A stretch of 32,000 bases of DNA. Origin: Nitrosopumilus sp. GTDB taxonomy: Archaea; Thermoproteota; Nitrososphaeria; Nitrososphaerales; Nitrosopumilaceae. Below, piece by piece: positions 26,294 to 32,000 of the stretch. The DNA lies in contig OZ240211.1 in assembly GCA_965197525.1 (NCBI GenBank), positions 536,251 through 568,250 of the forward strand, in the 5' to 3' direction. The notes under the pieces are model-generated. The model did no database searches. It was not told the origin of the DNA and saw only the letters and a list, made by a program, of their open reading frames with translations. Each line of letters starts with the position of its first letter. Position 1 is the first letter of the stretch. A program made the position numbers and the translations under genes.

Positions 26294-26302
26294 GTTAACA
26301 TA

Positions 26303-27602
26303 CAGTAGTCGGAAATGTACCCATTAGGCAGGTTTTCCGACATCATACGGTTGACCCACCATCCTACATAATTCCAATGCAGCCATTGCTGTAGCATATA
26401 CGACAAGTGCCAAAGTCACACGATCATAACTCGAATCTGCACGATACTGCTCCACTGCCCACGCGTTGTACATGAACAGCGAGACGTAAAACATGATTAC
26501 CCTAAACGACGCATTGCGGCTTGTTGTCCTCGGGCGTACCTGCTCGACTTGCTTGTATCCTGTCTCTATCCCCCACCTTCTCCGGTACTCCTCCGGAAGC
26601 GTCTCAATCTCGTCTAGTGCCCTGGTAGGAGAAAGATTGGTGGCAAAGACATGATATCTTTCCGTGGTATTGACATCAGGATCGTCTATCTTTTTTGAGG
26701 GTGTGATTATCAATGTGAATGTGACAGACTGGCCTGCTGCGTTTCTGACGGTGTACTGCGAGACTGCCTTGCGTAATTTATCGTGATGCTCTTGTATCAT
26801 CCTCTTTATCCCCGTGTTCTTGACTGCAGGCATCAGGAACTTGCGTCCGTGTTCTGATACAAGTTTGATTATCTCAGTCGAGTAAAACTCGCGGTCCATC
26901 AGCAGCAACCGGGCCCGTATCCTGTAATCCACGAGTTTTTGGACGAATTTACGCACAAAGTCGGCGTCATCCACGCTGCGCGTGACCTGCATGCACTCTA
27001 AAATGGCCGGAACCTGTTCTGCTACCACATGCATTGTTGCGTAACACTCGAACTTGCTTGTACCGCCCTTTGGTTTGGATCTTGTCAGATGTGACATGTT
27101 GTCCTTGTCGTGCCTTGGTATCAGGTGTTTATCTATTGCTACTAGTACGCCCCCCTTGTACCGGCACGTATTCTTGGCAAGCCTTGCGGTGCGTGTGATC
27201 ATATCCATGCAGAGCTCGTCTGCACTGTCTGATTCCAGCGAGTTTATCATGTTGCGAAACCACTTGGGCGACGGCATCTTCTTTTTGGCGTGCTTGAGCA
27301 GCCGGATTGCCTCCTCAGAAGCTATGTTGGATTCAGACATCTTCATCAGTATGGCTGCAAACTCGCTTACCCCGTATTGGGCATTGTTCCTCGTAGAGAA
27401 TCCTATGGGTGCAGACTCTAGTATTCCTGACAAGGTATTAAGTATCCTTTCTCCAATCTTATTGTGGTGTACCTGCCCACCTTTTTGCGTTAACACTAAG
27501 GTGGGTAAGGGCACTGTAGGTAATAGATCAGTATGTTCGAAGAATGTTAACATAATTGAGAACATCTGTTGGTTGATTTAGGGAGTACATTTCCGACTAC
27601 TG
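26303..27602 (-). mobile_element. Complete 1300-bp insertion sequence with a DDE transposase (IS4/IS5/ISH3 superfamily)
   Basis: A perfect 18-bp TIR is CAGTAGTCGGAAATGTAC (26303..26320) and its complement (27585..27602). A 5-bp direct repeat ACATA lies at 26298..26302 and 27603..27607. A single transposase ORF fills the element. Confidence 0.85.
26324..27565 (-). CDS. DDE transposase (IS4/ISH3-like)
   Basis: The candidate catalytic contexts are VLVAIDKH (D), LLLMDREFYS (D) and YRRRWGIETGYK, the last being the Y-x2-R-x3-E signature of IS4/IS5-type transposases. Confidence 0.85.
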   Translation of the reverse strand: MFSIMLTFFEHTDLLPTVPLPTLVLTQKGGQVHHNKIGERILNTLSGILESAPIGFSTRNNAQYGVSEFAAILMKMSESNIASEEAIRLLKHAKKKMPSPKWFRNMINSLESDSADELCMDMITRTARLAKNTCRYKGGVLVAIDKHLIPRHDKDNMSHLTRSKPKGGTSKFECYATMHVVAEQVPAILECMQVTRSVDDADFVRKFVQKLVDYRIRARLLLMDREFYSTEIIKLVSEHGRKFLMPAVKNTGIKRMIQEHHDKLRKAVSQYTVRNAAGQSVTFTLIITPSKKIDDPDVNTTERYHVFATNLSPTRALDEIETLPEEYRRRWGIETGYKQVEQVRPRTTSRNASFRVIMFYVSLFMYNAWAVEQYRADSSYDRVTLALVVYATAMAALELCRMVGQPYDVGKPA

Positions 27603-27616
27603 ACATAGAATACAAG

Positions 27617-27624
27617 CATAAATA
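27617..27624 (+). promoter_or_regulatory. Candidate TATA box of cofG
   Basis: CATAAATA is centred about 27 nt upstream of the TTG start at 27648. It lies between the IS end (27602) and the gene. Confidence 0.25.
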
Positions 27625-27647
27625 CGACCAAGCAAGAGAAGATTCTG

Positions 27648-28817
27648 TTGAACAATCTTGTCTTAAAATCAGAATATCTGAACAATGTCTTAGAAGATAA
27701 AGCAATATCCAAACAGCACATATTTGAGATCTATAGCAAAGCAGTAACTGATCCTCAGGAGCTGTTCCTGACTGCACAGAATTTGAGAATAAAATTCAAA
27801 AATAGAACAGTGACATTCTCAAAGAAAGCATTTTTCAACATTGTAAATCTTTGCAGAGATACATGTACGTATTGCACATACAAAGCAGAGCCCAAAGATA
27901 CAAAGCTCTCTCTGATGTCAAAACAACAGATATCGGATTTATTACACTTGGCAAAAAAATACAGATGTGTGGAAGCTCTATTTGTAACAGGAGAACGGCC
28001 AGAGCAGAGATACCAGCTAGCACGAGATTGGTTAAGAGATAATGGTTTTAAGACAACAGCAGAATATCTAATTCATGCATCAGAGATGGCATTAGAGGAG
28101 GGGTTATTCCCACATACAAATGCAGGTAATCTGAATTTTGAAGAGATGAAGGAGCTAAAGAAGACCAATGTATCGATGGGTATAATGCTTGAAAATACAA
28201 GCAAGAGACTAACCTACAAAGGAATGCCTCATCACATGGCACCTAGTAAGAGACCAGATACAAGATTAGAGATTTTAGAGAATGCGGGAAGATTGAAGAT
28301 TCCAATGACTACAGGCGTCCTTGTAGGAATCGGTGAGACAGCCAATGAGATAATCGATTCGTTATTTGAGATAAAGAGATTAGACAAAGAATACGGAAAT
28401 ATTCAAGAAGTAATTTTACAAAACTTTCAACCAAAGCCAGATACATTGATGAATGACAAACAGGCAGCTGATCAAAATTACTTCAAAATAGTAGTTGCAT
28501 TGGCAAGAATCATCATGCCACAGATGAACATACAAATTCCACCGAATCTATCTCCTGAATCATATCATAGTTTTCTCTCAGTTGGAATAAATGACTGGGG
28601 AGGTATATCACCACTGACTCCAGATTTTGTAAATCCTGAATTTTCTTGGCCTGAGATAAACAGAGTTGACAGATATTCAAGGAAGGCAGGATTTGAACTC
28701 CAGTGCAGATTTCCAGTATATCCAGAGTTCTTTCCTCTAATCGGTAAAGGGTTGATGGAGAAGATATCAGTCATCAAAGATAATAAAGGATTTGTAAGGG
28801 AATCTTATTGGAGATGA
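27648..28817 (+). CDS. cofG: FO synthase subunit 1 (7,8-didemethyl-8-hydroxy-5-deazariboflavin synthase, CofG)
   Basis: The radical-SAM cluster is CRDTCTYCTY, and the layout is that of CofG, immediately followed by and overlapping cofH. The start is TTG, with no early in-frame ATG. Confidence 0.9.
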   Translation: MNNLVLKSEYLNNVLEDKAISKQHIFEIYSKAVTDPQELFLTAQNLRIKFKNRTVTFSKKAFFNIVNLCRDTCTYCTYKAEPKDTKLSLMSKQQISDLLHLAKKYRCVEALFVTGERPEQRYQLARDWLRDNGFKTTAEYLIHASEMALEEGLFPHTNAGNLNFEEMKELKKTNVSMGIMLENTSKRLTYKGMPHHMAPSKRPDTRLEILENAGRLKIPMTTGVLVGIGETANEIIDSLFEIKRLDKEYGNIQEVILQNFQPKPDTLMNDKQAADQNYFKIVVALARIIMPQMNIQIPPNLSPESYHSFLSVGINDWGGISPLTPDFVNPEFSWPEINRVDRYSRKAGFELQCRFPVYPEFFPLIGKGLMEKISVIKDNKGFVRESYWR

Positions 28818-30088
28818 CAGTTAACATTGAGTCGCTGTTAAGGAATGCAGATTCTAAGATAGCAGACATACTAAATGATGCACTAGCAGAAAAAGAGATA
28901 ACAGTTAATGATGGATTGGTACTTCTTAACGCATCAGGAGTCGACTTTCACCTAGTGGGCCTTGTTGCAGACGAATTAAGAAGGAGAAGGGTAGGAGATA
29001 TCGTATCATATGTAGTCAATAGAAATATCAACTTTACAAATGTATGTATAAAACAGTGCGGTTTTTGCGCATTTAGTCGAGATTTTAGAGAAGAAGAAGG
29101 ATACTTTCTGCCAACCAGTGAGATCGTTCGTAGAGCAAAAGAAGCATATCAGCTGGGAGCAACTGAAGTATGTATTCAGGCAGGACTTCCACCTGACATG
29201 GACGGTAGGCTGTATGAGAATATATGCAGAGATATAAAAAAAGAGATTCCAGATATTCATATTCACGGATTCTCTCCTGAAGAGATCTTGTATGGCGCAA
29301 CAAGATCAAATGTATCGATAGAAGAGTTTCTCAAGAGAATGAAAGATGCAGGAGTAGATACATTGCCAGGAACGTCAGCTGAGATACTAGACCAAAGGCT
29401 CAGAGACAAGATATCACCTGGCAGAATTACCGTAAAAGACTGGGAGAAGGTAATCAAAACTGCACACAAGATAGGCATTAACACGACATCCACTATGATG
29501 TTTGGGCATGTAGAGACTCTGCAGCACAGAGTAGAGCATATCGGACGATTGCGAGAGATTCAAAAAGAGACGGGAGGATTTACAGAATTTGTTCCGCTGA
29601 ATTTCATACATACAGAAGCACCAATGTACAAACACCAACTACATACAGGGATAAGACGTGGAGGTAGTGGAAATGATGTCTTGTTGACACATGCAGTTGC
29701 ACGGATAATGCTCAATAATCATATTGATAATATCCAGATGTCATGGGTAAAAGAAGGCCAAAAGATGTCCCAATTGTTGTTGATGTGGGGAGCAAATGAT
29801 TTTGGAGGTACTTTGATCAATGAGAGCATCTCAACGTCTGCAGGTTCTCAATACGGTCAATTGTTAAGACCAATGGAGATAAAGAGAATGATAAAGGAGA
29901 TAGGCAGGATACCTGCAGAGAGAAGTACACAGTACAAGATCCTAAAAAAGTTTGACAGAGACGCATCGCATGATCAGATACAAGATAAACTAGACACAGT
30001 CTCAGATACACAGTTTGGATCATATATAGAATTGATAAAGATAAACAAGTTCAATTACAAAAATCCCAGACGGCCTAAACAAGGGTAA
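28808..30088 (+). CDS. cofH: FO synthase subunit 2 (CofH)
   Basis: The radical-SAM cluster is CIKQCGFCAF, with MMFGHVET and GANDFGGT motifs of the CofH/MqnC-like group. It overlaps cofG by 10 nt. Confidence 0.9.
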   Translation: MEMTVNIESLLRNADSKIADILNDALAEKEITVNDGLVLLNASGVDFHLVGLVADELRRRRVGDIVSYVVNRNINFTNVCIKQCGFCAFSRDFREEEGYFLPTSEIVRRAKEAYQLGATEVCIQAGLPPDMDGRLYENICRDIKKEIPDIHIHGFSPEEILYGATRSNVSIEEFLKRMKDAGVDTLPGTSAEILDQRLRDKISPGRITVKDWEKVIKTAHKIGINTTSTMMFGHVETLQHRVEHIGRLREIQKETGGFTEFVPLNFIHTEAPMYKHQLHTGIRRGGSGNDVLLTHAVARIMLNNHIDNIQMSWVKEGQKMSQLLLMWGANDFGGTLINESISTSAGSQYGQLLRPMEIKRMIKEIGRIPAERSTQYKILKKFDRDASHDQIQDKLDTVSDTQFGSYIELIKINKFNYKNPRRPKQG

Positions 30089-30201
30089 GAATTCAAATGG
30101 AATGGATTGAAACGATACTAGACAGACAACACCAAAGAATTAATTTCTTAATCGTCACAAACATAAATGAAACCATATGTTAGAGAAGAGTTAGCCTGTC
30201 A

Positions 30202-31185
30202 TTATTTGAAGAGTGTCACTGCCAAATACAATACATAGCAAGCAGATATGCAAATTCCCATCATTCTATTAATGATTCCGGTTTTCAAGGCAACTAACAG
30301 TGAAAGACTAAAGATGATCATGATTGCATAGTCAATGTATACATCAGGGGTGATAGCCACACTGCTAAGAACAGCACCAATGCCCATAATCATTAAAATG
30401 TTGTATATGTTACTGCCAATTATATTGCCAATACCAATATCAGTATGGCCTTTTCTAATTGCAATGATTGATGTTATTAGTTCTGGAAGGGATGTTCCAA
30501 TTGCAATGACAGTCAATCCAATTATCTTCTCAGATAATCCAAACTCTTGAGCTAATACTATAGCATTATCAACGGTAAGTATTGCACCCACATACAGCAA
30601 AACTATGCCCAGGATTAGCAGTCCTACAGATTTAAGATAAAAATTATTTTTGGTAGTGGTCGCTTCTTTTTCTTCTTCTTTTTCTTCTTTCTCCACTTCT
30701 TCTTCTTCTTGTTTTTTGGTTTTTTCTCTATGTTTTATTATATCACGACATGTGTAAAATGTAAACACACCTAATCCAGCTAGCAGTATGCCACCGTCAT
30801 AGTAAGAGATTTCACCGTCGATGGAGACTAATACAAGCAGGAGTGAAACACCCAGCATTATCGGAATTTCTTTTCGTAAGATAGACTTACTGACTGCAAG
30901 AGGAATAACTATTGCAGATATTGCAATGACCATTCCAATATTTGATATATTACTCCCAATCACATTTCCAAGAATGATTGCACTATGCTCATTTATGGCA
31001 GCCACAACACTAGATGCAAGTTCTGGAGTAGAGGTGCCATAAGCTACAACAGTCATTCCAATGATAATATTGCTTATGTGAAATTTCTTTGCGATTGCAA
31101 CGCCACCGTTAACTAACCAATTACCACCAAAACACAACAGAGTCAGACCCACTATGGTAAGTACTGCGCTTGTTAAAACTTCCAC
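30202..31185 (-). CDS. Ca2+/cation antiporter (CaCA family, YrbG-like)
   Basis: Two alpha-repeats, GTSTPELASS...GNVIGSNISNIG and GTSLPELITS...GNIIGSNIYNIL, are separated by an acidic loop (EEEEVEKEEKEEEKE). Confidence 0.9.
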   Translation of the reverse strand: MEVLTSAVLTIVGLTLLCFGGNWLVNGGVAIAKKFHISNIIIGMTVVAYGTSTPELASSVVAAINEHSAIILGNVIGSNISNIGMVIAISAIVIPLAVSKSILRKEIPIMLGVSLLLVLVSIDGEISYYDGGILLAGLGVFTFYTCRDIIKHREKTKKQEEEEVEKEEKEEEKEATTTKNNFYLKSVGLLILGIVLLYVGAILTVDNAIVLAQEFGLSEKIIGLTVIAIGTSLPELITSIIAIRKGHTDIGIGNIIGSNIYNILMIMGIGAVLSSVAITPDVYIDYAIMIIFSLSLLVALKTGIINRMMGICISACYVLYLAVTLFK

Positions 31186-31226
31186 AAAGAAATTTCAGAG
31201 AAGGGTGGTTTAAAGGAAATGATCTA

Positions 31227-32000
31227 TGGTTCTGTGAAGTTATCAGGAGTTAACCCCTATAACTCGACTTTGACATATCGACTATTCGGATTACCAATGG
31301 TGTGCTGGGTTCCGTCATCGCAGGCTCAAAAGTGCCAGACTGTGCTTCACATATGTCACCTCTACTACCCCTAAACCTAGGGGGCAGTTTGCGTGATATG
31401 TTCATGGCAGCGATAATATCCCTATCCATAAACAAACCGCAATTATTACACGACAATTTACGATGTTGTTGCATGTCCTCTTGGAGTCTCTTTCCGCATT
31501 GTGGACACTGCGTGCTCGTGTTTCTTGGGTCTACTATCTCGACTGGAGGTAGTCCGACCCATTGGGCTTTGTATTCTATTTGGCGTTGTAACTCGTAGAA
31601 TTGCCACCCGTTCAATCTACGTCTGTACTTGTTACCTTGAGTGTTTCCTTTTCGGTACAATTTTCTTATTCCTTTCAGGTTTTCCATGACGATTGCAGTC
31701 TTGTTTTTGACTGCGTTGTCTACTATATCCTTTGAGATTCTGTGGATGTACTGCTTTGCTCTGTTAGTCAGTCTTCTCTGTTTTTCCTTGTAGAACTGAT
31801 TTTTCTTCCTGCGATCATTTCTGTGGAAGCCTGCCCTGGCGTGTATTGTGTTCTCCTTTATGGATAACAGTTTGTTTGTCTTGTAGACTGTCACCTCTTT
31901 CTCGTTCCCGCACGTCACATTTCTTAGGTTTCTGTCTATTCCCACTTTCTTGGTGCACTCTATCTCTTGTACTGTTTTTGAAACACAAAGACTGATGTTC
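31227..32000 (-). mobile_element. TnpB-only element, family 1, copy C (apparently intact; extends past the window end)
   Basis: The terminus GGTTCTGTGAAGTTAT (31228..31243) is shared with copy B. A subterminal hairpin lies at the stop codon (sense strand GUUAUAGGGG-UUAA-CUCCUGAUAAC). Confidence 0.7.
31250..32000 (-). CDS. tnpB: TnpB (IS605 OrfB-type), partial at the window edge
   Basis: The track ORF begins at Met 31945, but the frame stays open to position 32000 (NISLCVSKTVQEIECTKKVGIDRN), matching copy A upstream of its frameshift. RuvC-I GIDRN, RuvC-II IVMENLKG, zinc ribbon CPQCG..CNNCG and RuvC-III DRDIIAAMNI are intact. Confidence 0.85.
   Translation of the reverse strand, partial: NISLCVSKTVQEIECTKKVGIDRNLRNVTCGNEKEVTVYKTNKLLSIKENTIHARAGFHRNDRRKKNQFYKEKQRRLTNRAKQYIHRISKDIVDNAVKNKTAIVMENLKGIRKLYRKGNTQGNKYRRRLNGWQFYELQRQIEYKAQWVGLPPVEIVDPRNTSTQCPQCGKRLQEDMQQHRKLSCNNCGLFMDRDIIAAMNISRKLPPRFRGSRGDICEAQSGTFEPAMTEPSTPLVIRIVDMSKSSYRG

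Noticed and set aside
26215-26406. A 63-aa track ORF spans the junction of the MITE and the IS, and another track ORF lies at 25828..26052.
   Set aside because: Both cross element boundaries or lie antisense to recognisable sequence, so they are created by juxtaposition. They have no motifs.
27054-27581. Long antisense or overlapping ORFs lie inside confidently assigned genes. Examples are 27054..27581, 739..960, 849..1037, 2291..2641, 7163..7399, 13630..13953, 14174..14563, 17676..18008, 23611..23952, 25319..25678, 29006..29493 and 31302..31689.
   Set aside because: Each is a shadow frame of a gene with clear family motifs on the other strand or frame. Their compositions are low-complexity or Cys/Leu/Ser-rich, as is typical of antisense translation.

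Overview
The window is visibly AT-rich, gene-dense archaeal chromosome. Archaeal markers are a TATA-box-binding protein, an archaeal-type ProRS, Thi4, F420 genes cofE/cofG/cofH and a DUF1512-like protein. The gene set and composition suggest an ammonia-oxidising thaumarchaeon (Nitrosopumilales-like), but this is inference only. Housekeeping content has a sulfur and cysteine theme: a sulfite/nitrite reductase N-terminus, trxB, a tusA-like gene next to cysteine synthase, a tandem rhodanese, thi4 and a SerB-like HAD hydrolase. It also includes F420 biosynthesis, proS, tbp, an HtrA protease, a GT2 glycosyltransferase and a CaCA antiporter. The unusual part is the mobilome. Two unrelated families of TnpB-only elements occur in five copies at different stages of decay: intact, frameshifted, and internally deleted MITE-like. 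Contrary to the canonical IS200/IS605 picture, they have terminal inverted repeats, and three of the five copies also show 7-8 bp flanking direct repeats. One deletion derivative sits back to back with a complete 1300-bp DDE insertion sequence (18-bp TIR, 5-bp TSD) at a single site between htrA and cofG, and the empty site can be reconstructed exactly. Other items worth a second look are listed here.
- A 1019-aa secreted protein fuses Cache-like repeats to a PAP2/vanadium-haloperoxidase-like domain, and a decayed paralog lies about 8 kb away.
- A 141-bp (CAT/CAC)n repeat is open in three frames (poly-His, Ser-Pro, Asp-Gly).
- A G-free TTAATCAA repeat array lies in a promoter region.
- A small GC-rich structured intergenic element lies at 22808..22885.
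I found no tRNA, rRNA or CRISPR array. All family assignments come from motif recognition by eye; no database search was run.
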